Shown here in pieces: positions 15,201-28,546 of a stretch of 64,000 nt of DNA. The stretch spans positions 19,468,001 through 19,532,000 of the forward strand of contig OZ281499.1 of NCBI GenBank assembly GCA_965637545.1, in the 5' to 3' direction. Both the position numbers and the translations under genes were made by a program. Numbering within the stretch: the stretch's first letter is position 1; each line of letters begins with the position of its first letter. The notes below the pieces were generated by a model, which was given only the letters and a program-made list of their open reading frames with translations, was not told the DNA's origin and did no database searches. The stretch is from Phallusia mammillata (Eukaryota).

Positions 15201-18200
15201 ATCTTGAATTGTGACTTGTCGACGATTGACTTTGTTTCCATAAGCCTTTTTAGATGATGTTCATGTAGGCAATAATGTTAACATTTTTCAGGCAACGATA
15301 CGATTGTTGACGGTTTGATCAACTTCGAAAAAATGCGGATGATTGGTAAAGAAATCCGCAACATCTGTCGTCTCTGTGTGGCCGATAGCTCGCAAATTAT
15401 TCCAAGCGCTGCAGTGTAAGTTGCCATTGGAAACCAAAAACAATCGCTGCATTACGTATCACTACCATGTGACCAGTTTGAATGCTTTTTTGTAAAAACT
15501 TGGTTCATACACAAGGAAGTATGCCGTGTTTAGCACAGCTTGTTTCAAATGTAAAGTAGTTTTATGTCTATCCTTTGGCACATATTGTACTTGGTATTGT
15601 AATTTTACACACTTGACTACTTTTTATAGCAAGTTAATTTGGTTTGAAATAATTTTAGAAATGGCATATGGAGTTAAAAAGACGTTTTTTTGTTTGTTGT
15701 GTTAAGCGAAAAAAGTTGTGTGGCCTAATTCAAAAAAAGAATTTAAATTAATGCTTTTTTGTCTAATCCTAACAACTTACAAAAAAACTTAAATTTTACT
15801 GAAATTTACTTGAAGTAACAATCAAACATTTAAGCATTTTTTACTGTAACCATGTATTTTTTTCTCAAAAGTCCCTAAATGCTTAAAATGCTCCCATATA
15901 CGAAGTATAGCCAAGTTAGATTTGTTACCACAAAACGGATAAATTTCTCCAAAAACTGACGTTTTATTCATTAAATTTGACACCAGGACCCACCAAAAGG
16001 AGTTAGACAAGGGTACGTCATCGATGTACATGACCTTGACCCGGCGAGGTCGAAGGTCATCGTTTAACAACGCGAAACGTATGTACGAAGACCAGATGAA
16101 CGTTCGACGTGTAAAGCAATATATGCAACAAATGGAAATTATTAACGACGAAGACAAACTGATGGAAATGTCGAAAGCCGTCGAACCACCGCTCAGTAAG
16201 TTTTTAAAACGTACAAGTAAACCTCGTTTAATCCGGACCAATTTGGACCAACAAATTTGTCCGGATTAGGCTAAGACAGTGGTTCTCAAACTTTTTTTGT
16301 TGCGACGCCTCTGGAACAGTTTTCTAATCTTGCGACGCACCAGCAAATAAAAGTTAATGAGGAAACTTATTATTAAAGTTGTGTTTATTGATACAACAAC
16401 AAAAATACACGAGACGGAATTATTCTGCTACGCCCTTGGAAGATTGAACCGACGCACCAGGGCGTCGCGACGCACAGTTTGAGAACTACTGGGCTAAGAT
16501 ATGGATTAACCGGCATCGATTAGTTGTCTTACCACATTACAAATCATTTGTACCCCAAGTTTTGTCCGAATTAGGCGAAGACCCGGTTTTACCGAGGTTT
16601 ACTTTCGTACAAATAGTATGTCAAGTATGTACAAAGTGAACTATTGCATACATGCAAAGTATTTCAGTTAATATTTCAGCCTATTTAACGTCGACCTTTC
16701 AATGCAGTAACCAATTTTTCTATTTCGCAAACACGTGAGGTCAAATAATTTCAAGGCCAAAATGAAGCACGTTGATTTTTTTTCAACTTGTGAAGTTTGC
16801 TTTTGACAGTATTCGTGTGTTAGGATTTAATTTTCGAGACAGTAAAATCCCTAAAGTAGACTTCGTTTTATTAAAACCCCACCCAAGGGGAATTAGTATT
16901 ACAGCGACGAAAATAGATCAAAGTCGTACAATTTGATTTATTAATCAGATTTAAACAATTTCCGTTTGGAAACAAGGCATTCGTAAATAAAAGCATGGTG
17001 TGAATGATGATTAAGATGTTGCATTGTGAAACATATTGTTTAAAAATGCAGTGTCTTTGTTTCATACCAAACATGTCCTATAAAAGCATAAAGCCAATAA
17101 ATGATATGTAAGCTACACACTGTTTCGAACATATTTCATTATGTACATTTTTAAAGGGTTTTATATAGTGGCAAACAAATAGACCATGGGCAAGATTTAA
17201 ATACAGTGGTTTCCATTCTTTGCAATAGCACCCGTTTGAAAAATATTTAATTCTTTTAGAGGTATTGAGAAACTTACAATTTCACAATATTTTAAATCCT
17301 GGATCCCATGTAACAAATCTTGTTATTGCATGTCATCGGTGGTTTCATGCAATCGTTCTGTACGCTGTGTGAATCAAGCTAGCTAATATGAGGTTTCAGG
17401 TTTTATTCCCACTACTGTTTTACTATCTTGTTTATTTTGTTTGCTTTGACATCTGTTCTCCTCTATTTAACGTTCGTTGTTTGCAGTTTTCAGATACTGA
17501 CAATGCCTGTACAGGCGAAAAATATATCTAAATTTTTGACAACTTAGTGTTTACGGATTTTGAGTCAGATGCGTTTGTTTCTTTATTATCACTGACTGAA
17601 ATGATTTGACTGTGTTTGACATCGTGATTAACCTACTATTAGAGGGGGAAAGATCCTGCGAAAAGCATGTATATTTATCAAAACACAAATAGACTTTTTA
17701 GGAGTAAAACCCCAAACTATTTCTTTTCATCAATACAATCATCCTTTTACATAGGAGTGCAGCAGAACCGTCGCCAAGCAACCGATTCCCCATCCCGTTC
17801 CTCCAAGACTCTTCCTATGGCTCCCAGGAGCGGATCAAGCAGCTCCGGAAGCGGGACTCTTCCCTCTAGGAACAACTCCGAACCTCATCTTGCTTCTGTT
17901 CCTGTGATCGCTTTGCATCCGACGAAAAAGAAGATCCCAGTGTCTTCTTTGCCCAAATTTGGTAAGTTATCTTCCTAATGTAGATGTTTTTTAAATTGAT
18001 AAAGTTATATAGCATTAGTTCATGATTTTTTGTGAAATTCTTGTGAACAAACTGTAAGGGAATACCACCTTTTTTCGCTTGAAGGTTCGTCCCATAAGAG
18101 CAAATGCGAATGGCAAGGTAACTTAGATTTAGTACAGGGGGTTACTTGGGTTTTGTATGCGGTGGTGTATAGAAAAAAGGATGGGTGATTCTTTTCGGCG

Positions 18201-21200
18201 ACGGATTGTCTCATATTTCAACAAACTTTGTTTAAATTTATGTTTTATCGAACTGCACATGCACATTTCTACTTACTTGCTTGTCTTGCATGCTCTTATA
18301 TAATTTCTTTTTCTCTTTCTTTCTCCTCCCTCTTGCACAGTTGTCACTCCTCCTCCCTCCCCTCCCGCTTTTCCTCCCAGTCAATCACCTCCTTCTCCTT
18401 TGCTCTGCAACGATCTAAAACCTCCAACGCCACCTCGCCGAAGCAAAAACCGTCGTCGTTACGGTTCAACAAGCGTCACTCATGCATGCGAAAGCGACGA
18501 GCCAATCACAGGCGGCGCCCAGACCGAACATGACGGTCGCAAAACTCCACAGCGATCTAAGTCTTTCCTAAGCACAATACGGGCACGGTCAAAATCACTA
18601 ACACGAAATTTTACAACTCGTTCGACCCCGACAGCGCCTCTAGTGATTAGCGCACCGGAACTAATTTGTCATCTCAACGAGAAGCGACTCCATGTCGGAG
18701 GACGTCGAAAACTTCCTGTGGATTGCACTGAACCCGTATCATCCTGCAGTGAATTTTTGTCCGTGCCACACAAGACAAGTCACGTACGATGTAGCTCCTT
18801 GCCTTACGAGTTTACATGCCCAGAAAGATCGAACGAAATAAACAACAACCTCATCGAAAGCAAAACGATTCCTCAACAACATAATGACGTCGCGTGTCTG
18901 GAACCGCTCTCCGCAAACCATTTATTACGTCACAATCACCATTTGCGCGTCACAGACCCCGAGTTTGCGGTAAATGGAAATGCATTACCACCAGACAAGG
19001 AATGCGTGGTCCTTGCACCTCGCCGCCTCTCCGTCTCTTGCTACGTCACCTTGTCAAGCGATGACGTCAGTGTGACGACAGTTTGTAGTAAACAATCCGG
19101 ATCACTTGAGGTCGAACCCATCGCCACTGCGCGCTCTGGAGACAAGATTCGCGAAGCTTTGCAGTCTTGGCGAAGTAGAAAGGATGAAAGTACATAATTG
19201 GTGCAAATTTACTGTTATGCCAGTTGTTGAATTCTTGGCAGTAAGATGTTCTGTATTCCACCATAGCATGTCAATCACGCACTCCCAATTACACTTTATC
19301 TGTTATGAAACACTTTCTAATTCTATACTTTTTCTGTGTCCTAGAGTAAACTATTACTTCAACTTTTCTAATCTGTAGTTACACCATTTCGAGGCTTCCT
19401 TGTTTTGTTTACTTTTTTGGTCGATGGCAGGTGACATGTAGTCCTAAAAATTCGGTCAATGTATCTTTCCCATTAAGTTTTCTTCTATTGGATTCTGTCG
19501 TGTAACCGTTTTTGTGCCTTGCCGTCAAAGTAATAAATTTAGAAAGTACTGTTTATGACCGACCCAAGATGACATATTCTATGCCAAATCAGCATTTAAC
19601 TTGGAACCTGGTTACAATTTTCAAGGAACGTAATTTGGATTGTGGTAGCATAAAATCTGTATTTTTTCGTTTCTAACATAAAAATGGCGTTTTCAAGTTG
19701 CCATGTTTTTACATTACATCTGTACTTTAGGCGGCTTCGATAGAATTAAAAAAAGAGTTGATGCTATTTTGTCATAAGTTAATATGAACGTACTAGGATT
19801 AATTTTGTCGTATTAATTACGTTTACTGTATTCTGACACATATTTTCACCACGACAGGAGCACAGTCACCTCAGGCATTAAAGAAACTGATGGCGTTATC
19901 AGAAGAAGGAGACGGGCGAAAGTCACGTGAGTACAGGAGATCAGAATCGTCCAGCAGTCACGAGCTATCACCCACTGGTTCACCTTACCTATCGCCAAAA
20001 CATGATGATGTTAAGGTAAATACGAGTATTATATTTATCCAAGAGTATCTAGCATCCAAACGACGATGCTTAATACCAAGTATTCCGGAGTTGTTTTGTT
20101 AGGCAATGCCTTTTACTTCTACAATGTACTATTTAACTCGATGTAGAATGATGTTTGCAATGTGATTTGGGTAAAAATTTGTGTTGGGGTTTTTCTCGCT
20201 ACATACAACCTGTGTGGATTTATATAGTTTTGTGCACAGATTGCTCATTAAACCAAAAACGTCAAAATAGTTATGGCAAATTGAAAAAAATACCCTATTC
20301 TAGAACAGTTGAAACAAGTTCACTATAACCCATGCTATTATCTCGCTTATATTGGATTTGAGTTGTTCAGGATTAGCTATTCTAAATTTCCCTTACCTAC
20401 CAGTAAACGTACGCAATTGCACATACAGTTTTTACCTAAAACCAAGCCTTATTTAATATAAGCAGACTTTCACAAACAAAAAACAACCGTAGATCACTGT
20501 TTTTGATTTGTTCATAAAAAAGATATGCGTTTCATTTATGATGGTGCAAACATCATCAGCCCCTTATTTAAACAGAATTTGACATAATAGTAATATCTTG
20601 AAGTGGTTTCTAAATAGGCGTGCTGCTAAAAATAAAAATTTGCTTGCAAAAAAAATTTCCTGCAACGTATTTACCCGTTGCCACGCACGCGTTGAAAACT
20701 TTTCGAAAAACAACAACTTCCTGGTTTGTAACAGCGCAAAAGGGCCTTAACTTTATTACGTCATAAGCTCTGACCTTTCGGTGACTTTACACAGGTATGA
20801 CGTCACACAAGACAGTTTTTCTCCGAGGGGTAAAAAAAAACTTAGGAAAGTTTATCTTTTTAGTACTACAGTACCTAAAGATGTGTGCTGTTCAGTGTAT
20901 GACTTGATATTGTGTTTTGTGGGTTGGCAATAATATTGCTTTGCTTTTTTTGTGGCAGGGAGCACAGGGAAACCACACAGTAGGTCTCGAAAATGTAAAC
21001 AGGAACAACAATCGACTAAGCTTGCCGTCAGGTTTGTTGCTGCACGCTTGCATGACGTCATTTTACGTGATAGTTTTTGTTTGTTGTGTACATTCGAGAG
21101 AATAATGGTTGTGCAAAAACGACGAAACCAAATTCTTAAAGACAAAACCACACTCTCTTTACCTTGCAACTTTATTTAATTTACCGCCTAGTGAACGAGA

Positions 21201-24200
21201 AATGTTAATGCTACACAAACTTAACTTAGGACTTTTACCGGGAAGTTTCTTGGGGAACTACCTAGTTTTAAAAAAATAACAACATTGAGGTTGTGTGTGA
21301 TGCATCTAGCACGTAATGGACTTTACCAGGTTGGCTATCGTGTCATTTATCCCCTAAGCACGCGCACGTATCTTACATCACATAATCTTGTACCTTGTGC
21401 CCAAACAAACGTTTCGTATTGGTAAAGCTAAACTTGGAATAAACTTTACAGCAGTGGTTCTCAACCTTTTTCAACAAATTCCTCCCTTACCAGTTTAAAA
21501 TGTTCGCTAAACCATGCCAAGATGATTTAAAATTGTGGCCGCTCAAGTTTCAAAATTCCTCCCCGGTTGGGAACCACTGCTTGAGAGCATGTAAAATATA
21601 CACGGAATAATCAAATGTTTCTAATTTAAAATGATATTTTCAGCTACAGCAGCCGAACCATCCCCTCCAGCCATTCACAGTGCCCCTGCAACCAATAAGA
21701 GGTTCTTCCCTGTAACCGGAGCCAACAATAGCGCACCGTCGAGCTCTCGTTCCAGCATAGCTAGTACTTCCAGCCTTGGTACAATCTCTTCCTCAAACCC
21801 GACTCTTTCGTCCACCTCGTCGCTAGGTGGCGGTAACAGTCCCCGTTCGGGCTCGCCTGTGCCCTGGACCGGCTCCGTCGGATCGCTATCCAGCACCGCC
21901 TCGGCCTCACCGCGACTTTTACATGGCCAACAGAAGAACCCGCAGAGATCGAGTTCAAGTTCGTCCGCTGATACTGTGAAATCTGCTGGTAAGTTTGGTT
22001 AGGTGGCTAATGTTGAGCGTTCTACAAGGGGAAGGTACATTTTGCTGTGCTTTGGATCTTCGTTTATATACTACAAAGTCCCTGGTTTGAAGCAGTTGAG
22101 TTAACTTTTTGTCTGGCCTAAATGATAACTAAGTTACATGTAGTTTGACCGGAGTCCCGGAAAGACTTCCGTCGTCGGTTTGAATTCCATCGCAGGCTAG
22201 ATCAGTGCCTTGCCATATGGGAATGCTTGATAGACCGTCTTCATTCGTACTACGATTTATATGTAGATTGTATTTGATCAATCACACTTTCCTTTAAGGA
22301 ACTCACTACAAAGATACACATTTCCTTTAAACATCCTGTATCAAGTTTTTGAAACAAAGCAGTAGTGAACATACAAATCCTGTAAACATTTTTTTTGTAA
22401 GTACAGTAGTAGTGAACATGCAAATTCCACTAAAAAAACGACTAAAATTGAAACATTGATCAACAGGTGGCCGACACCATCACGAACGTCCAGTGATAAA
22501 ACAGAATCGCAATGCCAGGAGTGGATCATTCGGTGGCTCAATGATTTCTGCCATGTCTGATCGCAGGTTGGCTCACATATCAACCTCTACTTCAACTCCT
22601 TCGCTGAATGCTCCAGGCGCCGGAAGTCAGGTTAGTAATTATCAACAACAAATGAAAACTAATGGTTTTAACTAAGAGTTCGTAACATGATGACAGCAAA
22701 TACAACCCTACATTTTTTACTGGTCAAGCAGAATTGTTTTTTCCCCTTTGGAATCAAAAAATAATTGTATAGATTTCTTTAAATTGGCACAAAATGATGC
22801 AAGGTTACTAATGTTAATTAAACTGAAACGTTCAAACATCTAGCTTACACGTCTTTAAAATATGAAACAATTCTTTCCTTGTGTGCCCGTGTAAAGTAAT
22901 TTAAACGATTATTTTTTCCTTTGAATTCCAAGGTTTTTATTGTGATAGTGAGTGGAATTTTTGATGAACATTTTTAGCAAAATTAGGTTCTTGAGTATGC
23001 TTTGTTCATGTTTGTGGCTATACCTACATCAATATTCCTTTAAATTCAGGCTTCTCTAATTCTTCCCAACCATCCTCAAATCCCGCGCACACCTAGCATC
23101 GACAGCGGTGTTGTGAGTGCCGGTTCATTATCGGCCGACTCAACCATATTCACCAACTCCACCGACGACGCCGACATATTTGCACGCGGTTACCATTCGC
23201 ACCAGTATCACCAGCACCACCACCATCACCAACCAAACCGTATCAGAAAAAACGAAATTCAACAGTCGCAACAACAGAATGAATCCTCGGCTAGCACAAG
23301 CACAGACCGCCAGCGCCCTCCGGCGGTCACATCCCACCAGCATGATTCGTCGCGAGAGGGCGATCCAGACAAAGTCGAGCAAACTTTTTTATCTGGATTT
23401 AGGGGTCAAGGGGATCCCCCGCGACCAGACAACAAAGATCCCTATTTGGCGAGCGGCGGGGGCATCACGGCGTGTGATGGTCCTAAGCTCGTCGGCGACA
23501 TGAGCGTCTACCATCCTGGCCATGTGCCGCCCGGCGGACAGAAGCCCTTCGGCGCGTTGAAGGGGATTCACGACTACCTGATATGCGAGAGACACGCTGC
23601 TGCCCGTCGCCAGTTTCGTACGACCAACTACGCTTACAACTACACCCAGACCGTGCAGCAATACTCCCCGCGCCCTGAGCAGCGCCACAAAAGTCCCGAC
23701 GCCATATTGGAAGAACAACTGCTTTTTGAGCTTCAGCAGCAACGCCCAGCTTTCAATAAGCAGCGTCGTAAGCAGTCCCCGCCCCCAGACACGCCCACAA
23801 ATTTGGTTGACGTCAGACGCTTGAGTTTAAGTAAATCAGACCCTTCTCTGCATAACGCTCCCAGCTGGGAAAGCGTAGCAGGTCAAGAATTTACAGCTTC
23901 AGCGGTAAGGCCTAGTATGCGCCTCCCCCTCCCAAACAGGACCTCCTCGCCAAAGGGTATTGTGCAGCAAAACTCACTGGAGAACATGTCACCTTACTCG
24001 CCAGTCAGCGACAATGTATTCATGGCCTCACAAAACAACCACTTGCACTCAACCCCAACTGGACGCGCCCAGGTTCATATACAAGCACGGGAAAGCCCCA
24101 ATACTACGCCAAATGGTCCAGCACGCCGCTTCGCCAACGACCAAAGCTTCAATTGGCAGTATCCTGGTCAGAATGAGCAGCTTTCCAAGTCTACAAACAA

Positions 24201-27200
24201 CATACCCTTTCTGCCACAGGCCTTGAACGACCGCCTCAATGCTACTATGCCTACAATGGGACATTACGCGTATAATAGAAGCCCCACTGGGCATTTTACA
24301 GAACAGTCGTACACTGGAACACCTGGAACGCACCACAGACCAGTTAAGTCAAGTTCATTTGACATCTACAACGCACAGCCGACCAATCACGTCTCCGGTA
24401 GTGTGTCACGTGAGTTTGATGCTCGCAGGAAAACGAGTCAGGATTGGAGTGAGACGGATTTAGACGGAGACAAACTTCAACAAACGATGAAAGGTAAATT
24501 GCAATTAAAGCTTCTTTGAACTAGGAAACGTATAGTTGGCGTTCTTACCCTGGACTACAGGATTACTTGGGGTGATTGTATAACTGATAGAATAGCTTGA
24601 GTGGCCAATATACACTACGAAATGACTTTAGAGGCATTTTTAAACATAGAATGAAATGAGTGGTGTATTTATCTTGTCCGCTGACTTGAGTGGCATTATT
24701 AATACGGAGAATGAATTGAGTGGCATATTTACCTTCCCAATGGCTTCGGTGGAGTAAATAGGTCACGGAATGACTTGAGTGACTTACATAACTTTTTAGA
24801 ATTTATTGAGTGGCACAATAACTAGCATACTGGCTTAATTAGCTTATACAACTATAACAACGACTTGAATGGCGCATGTAACTTACAAAGTGACTTGAGT
24901 GGCATATTTGGCTCACTGGATGACTTGCGTAGGATTGTAATTTACGCGGGCACTAAAGTAGCTTGTATAGCTTGCACAATTGCAAAAAATTCAGATTTAA
25001 CTTAACATATGTAACCTTACAGCTTGGGGCAGCAGTACGAGCTTACCAGCTACACCACTTTCCACCAAATCTATGGTCCCCAACAGCAAACACCACCTTA
25101 CTACGTCATCGGGCGTCGCTCCAAACTCCTCCCACTCTCCCGGAAGCGTGAAAAAATCCTCCTCGCGCCTCCCACCCCCTGCTCCTCCTCAGCGAACGTC
25201 CAGTATAGGGAGGAGTAGACAGCTGCGTCTGGGAAGTGGGTCAAGTTCGCCCCACAGCTCACCCCCAATGTCACCCTCATCCACCGACGGTCACGTGTCG
25301 TTTGATGACGTCATCAGCCAGCAGACCACGCGTATCAGTCTGCCACCTAGCGGACAATTGGCTAACGGAAATGTTGTCCATCATAATCGTTTGTCGTTTT
25401 CAACAGGTAATGTGCAATGGTTTAAGAATTAAATAACGAATTAGGCTAATATACGTCGCTATGTATGAGTATTTGTCAACCTTGTTTTGTTTGCAGGTCC
25501 AGATCATAAAGCGAGCAGCAACGAACGCCGGTCTCTGCCATCTTATACTGAAGCTGTGAAACAAATTAAACAGAAAAATATGTTCCCTTCGCCACTACCC
25601 AAGTCATATCGTTCGTTTACTATAGGTAAGTTTGCAAAATTCTTCAACATTTTTCTTCTTACCCATTACCAATAAAATAGCAATGTTCGTATTTGGCGAT
25701 GGCCTTTATTGCAGACCTTTTTATAACGCACCATATGCAATTTTTGGTAGTTATGGGTCCCCTTCCCTGAAGGGGACACATATTGTTTTTGTCTATATTT
25801 TTTTTTTCTTTTTTTCTTTCTAACGCAGATTTGTTCCCCCGTTTTGGTCAAGAAAGAATGGTTCAAACTTTTTCAAATTTACACACATTACAGATATTGG
25901 TCTAAAGATGGTCCATGTGAATTTTGACCCCGTTTGATCCCTCGGTTCACCCACAGCCCCCCAAAACGTGAAATTTTTAGCGCGGATTTGTTCCCACGTT
26001 TTGGTCAAGAAAGAATGGTTCAAACTTTTTCAAATTTACACACATAATAGGTATTGGTCTAAAGATGGTCCATGTGAATTTTGACCCCGTTTGATCCCTC
26101 GGTTCACCCACAGCACCCCAAAACGTGAAATTTTTAGCGCGGCTATTGTTCCCACGTTTTGGTCAAGAAAGAATGGTTCAAACTTTTTCAATTTTACACA
26201 CATTACAGATATTGGTCTAAAGATGGTCCATGTGAATTTTGACCCCGTATAACCCAGAGATTCACCCACAGGCCCCCGAAACGTAAATGTGTCTAACGCT
26301 TGTTTGGTCAAGAAAGACACTGTAGGCAGAAGTACCAAGAGAGTAACTCACTGGTTTACGATAGCGGGAGGGCTCAGCTTGACGTCGGACAGACGTTTTA
26401 CGAGACATCGTTTCAGTGATTAGAAATCAGCTGTTTTGCACAGCAATGCTATGTCGTTTTATTAAGTTATCACTCACATTTTTAGTTTTGGCGAAGGTTT
26501 TACACCTATGACGTGATTTAAGCCTAATAACCGTGCTTCGGTTTTGTATATGTCAAGAAAAACTTTGTTAATAAAAGTTAAGATGAAAAAATTAACTTGA
26601 GTTTTGCCAAATAAATGTTTTTTTAAATGCTCGCTGTCAGGTTGGCCGCCGCATGATCACGGGTTACTTAAGGTCAACTAGTCGGTATTACAAACACAGC
26701 TCAGAACTTTCTTCATAACGTAGCGTTTTTTTAACAATCAATTTAGGAGTCAATACTCAAGGCATGTATAAATTAGGCTTAACAGTATTGTTGAACACGA
26801 ATGACGGCGTGCTATTGAAAACGGTGTCAAAAGGTCAAACAGTCGTTTGGAGTGTGCACCCTGAGAGGTTACTACAGGTCAATGGTACTCGTTTTGCGAA
26901 ACAAAGTTAAATGAAAAACAATTTGTTATGTATACACTTGTAGCAAATTGCTTTTTAATTTAAAGTGTCTGTAACACAACTGTTACAGCTTTCTAGAAAA
27001 AAATGTGTTTGAAACCTGACCTTGGACCACAATATCTGGGTCAAAGCAAGAGAATCAATTGAAATTATTTTTTTTGTTCTTTTTTAAAGTTTTTGTAATT
27101 ATATGACAATAATAGTGCAAAAAGAATACGAACAATTTTTTTTATTGTTGGGTTAATGCTTTCTAAAAATCTGTCCTTAAGAATGTAAAAATCACCGCAA

Positions 27201-27506
27201 CATTTGTTTACCGTAAATCCGCACAAACATGCGTGTGGGGACCCATTAGTTTTTGTTTACAAAAACAATCATATGTGTAGATCAAATGATGTGTATAGTA
27301 AATTGGTAAATATCGTATAGAATATATAAAATGGAAGTATATCAGAAAGCCACTCTTCTAGTTTTGTTTCTAATGAAGCGACTTCTGTGTACAAAGTTCC
27401 CTAGTAATATTATAAAAGAAAAGAAAAAAACGCATCACTTTTCTATGATTTTTTTTTGTATTTTGCAGACCCTCACGAAAACCAGGAACAAGTGTCTCAG
27501 GTGTGA
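223..27506 (+). CDS. RAPGEF2/6: Rap guanine nucleotide exchange factor 2/6 (PDZ-GEF) orthologue, multi-exon, 5' end outside window
   Basis: Phase-consistent GT-AG exons: 223-298, 1037-1168, 1488-1601, 2303-2447, 2675-2811, 3095-3256, 3881-4033, 4577-4738, 5633-5812, 6259-6382, 6683-6799, 7193-7354, [one of 7679-7763/8292-8364/8674-8755], 9937-10112, 10494-10645, 11270-11355, 11703-11811, 12180-12297, 13607-13757, 14554-14765, 15292-15415, 15987-16195, 17755-17961, 19858-20015, 20959-21031, 21644-21988, 22467-22630, 23050-24493, 25023-25406, 25497-25625, 27469-27506. Domains in order: cNMP-like ([31 protein letters not shown]), REM ([23 protein letters not shown]), PDZ ([16 protein letters not shown]), RA (VIKVYRADQ), CDC25/RasGEF ([35 protein letters not shown]), [13 protein letters not shown] and C-terminal EQVSQV* (RAPGEF2 ends EQVSAV). 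Confidence 0.95.
2040..2175. mobile_element. degenerate copy of Tc1/mariner(pogo)-type MITE family
   Basis: Shares ttaatccagacc..ttggacca, ttaccacattacaaatc..tttgcacctca and aagatccagattaac with the copies at 4184, 7488 and 16215. Confidence 0.6.
4184..4350. mobile_element. Tc1/mariner(pogo)-type MITE
   Basis: Ends gtaaac../..ggtttactata; internal sequence colinear with 16215-16604 minus the nested insert. Confidence 0.65.
7488..7619. mobile_element. Tc1/mariner(pogo)-type MITE, opposite orientation
   Basis: TA-cagtaagcgccggttaa ... ttaaccaaggtttactg-TA: imperfect TIRs with TA flanks; interior is the reverse complement of the other copies. Confidence 0.7.
7679..7763 (+). CDS. RAPGEF2/6: RAPGEF candidate mutually exclusive exon 1 (85 nt, phase 1->2)
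   Basis: tttgtag| ... |gtaagt; open frame [29 protein letters not shown]; joins upstream phase-1 and downstream phase-2 exons. Confidence 0.7.
8292..8364 (+). CDS. RAPGEF2/6: RAPGEF candidate mutually exclusive exon 2 (73 nt, phase 1->2)
   Basis: cgtag| ... |gtaagt; [24 protein letters not shown], resembling the equivalent vertebrate RAPGEF2 segment (GGRNKLKKILDKTRISILP, from memory). Confidence 0.7.
8674..8755 (+). CDS. RAPGEF2/6: RAPGEF candidate mutually exclusive exon 3 (82 nt, phase 1->2)
   Basis: tttttag| ... |gtaagt; [27 protein letters not shown]. Confidence 0.7.
16215..16604. mobile_element. Tc1/mariner(pogo)-type MITE carrying a nested hAT MITE
   Basis: TIRs aagtaaacctcg / cgaggtttactt; family match to 4184-4350. 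Confidence 0.7.
16277..16491. mobile_element. hAT-type MITE (215 bp) with 8-bp TSD
   Basis: TIRs cagtggttctcaaact / agtttgagaactactg; perfect TSD ggctaaga at 16269-16276 and 16492-16499. Confidence 0.9.
18341..19197 (+). CDS. RAPGEF2/6: RAPGEF alternative terminal exon (Pro/Ser/Arg-rich, ~285 aa, own stop)
   Basis: Long pyrimidine tract + cacag acceptor ending 18340; in frame with the phase-1 donor at 17961; open to TAA at 19197. The conserved SPQALKK exon at 19858 can use the same donor instead. Confidence 0.7.
21452..21579. mobile_element. hAT-type MITE (128 bp)
   Basis: TIRs cagtggttctcaacc / ggttgggaaccactg; degenerate 8-bp TSD ctttacag / cttgagag. Confidence 0.75.
24561..24930. repeat. 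degenerate 30-bp minisatellite, ~12-13 units, intronic
   Basis: Core (a)tgacttgagtggcata recurs at ~30-bp spacing (24592, 24651, 24681, 24711, 24770, 24860, 24890, 24920). Confidence 0.85.
25751..26320. mobile_element. Helentron/DINE-1-like non-autonomous element with internal ~157-bp tandem repeats
   Basis: Hairpin gtccccttc-cct-gaaggggac (25757-25777), T-rich tract, then about three near-identical units (ttggtcaagaaag anchor near 25841, 25998, 26156, 26302). The repeat is certain; the element class is inferred from architecture. Confidence 0.55.
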
Positions 27507-28540
27507 CGTCGTAAGCACGCGTGACGTCATCGTGCATCTGGTTCAATGCGCCCCCCGTAGTTCCATACTTTACGCTACCTTGTTTACTTTGTGGATTTTT
27601 TCTTTGCATTACCGTGCGTTTTAGCCGGGAGTCAGTTTTTATCTTTTGCTCGTTTCTTAGCAACGAGCTGCTGCTGCTGCTTTTAGACCGAGTCCGTTTG
27701 TTGTTGTTGTTTTTGCATCAAAGATTATTTTTTCGAGAACGAAAATAGCTGTGTCATGATGGCGTGGTAATAATCCTTATTCCCACCCGAGTTTTTGCAT
27801 TTCCCATTTAATTGATATTTGCGCACAATCACAGACAACCAGCCATGTCCCAAGATTGTCGCTTATTGTTGTTTTGTAATTTATTTACTTCACGATGTGG
27901 AGTGTTAGTTCATTTACCATTGCAAGATATTTACCATGACATTTCAGATCAATGTTATCCCACTTGCCAACCAACCAAACACAATTTTGCCTTCAAACAA
28001 ACACTAAAGTCTTACAATTGTCGACTTTTTAAATTTCTACACAGCCATTGACTACATTATCTTTGTATGGTAAAAATCCATAGATTTTTCAAACAATTCG
28101 GCTTTTTCGAAAAAAATGCTGCCCAACATTATAAAGACCTATTGAATACTGAATTACCTTCAAATAACTAGAATTTCGTTGTTAAACTGATAAAGATGTT
28201 GTCTTTAGAATACTGCTACTACCTTTTCATCATTTATCTCCTGTCAGCCAAAATCGATTTCATCTACTGCCCAAGAAAAGCTGTGTCTCGCACCTTGATC
28301 AAGTGTTATTGTGTCCAAGAGCGTTTGTGCCAGCTTATTACCAAGATGTAACGACGAGTTTGACGCAACAGACGTCTGGAAGGGACGACCCAATCTTATT
28401 CCCTCGTGTCTTATTGTCGTTGACTTTCTGATTATATTTTTGATCGTGTACTGTTTCGTTTTGTTCTTTTCGTTTCTTTTCTTAATGAGTCAATATTAAT
28501 TCCATGAGAGAAACCAGTTTAAATTTATCGTAGTCCTGGT

Positions 28541-28546
28541 AATAAA
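28541..28546 (+). terminator. candidate polyadenylation signal of RAPGEF
   Basis: AATAAA ~1 kb after the stop, followed by a T/GT-rich tract (28565-28590). Confidence 0.4.

Noticed and set aside
23117-24463. Overlapping alternate-frame and antisense ORFs in the large RAPGEF exon (similar shadows over the SYNPO, GPCR and MFS exons)
   Set aside because: Expected shadows of GC-richer coding sequence with no independent evidence.
24561-26320. CRISPR-like appearance of the 30-bp and 157-bp repeats
   Set aside because: Eukaryotic introns, degenerate or contiguous units without unique spacers, no cas genes.
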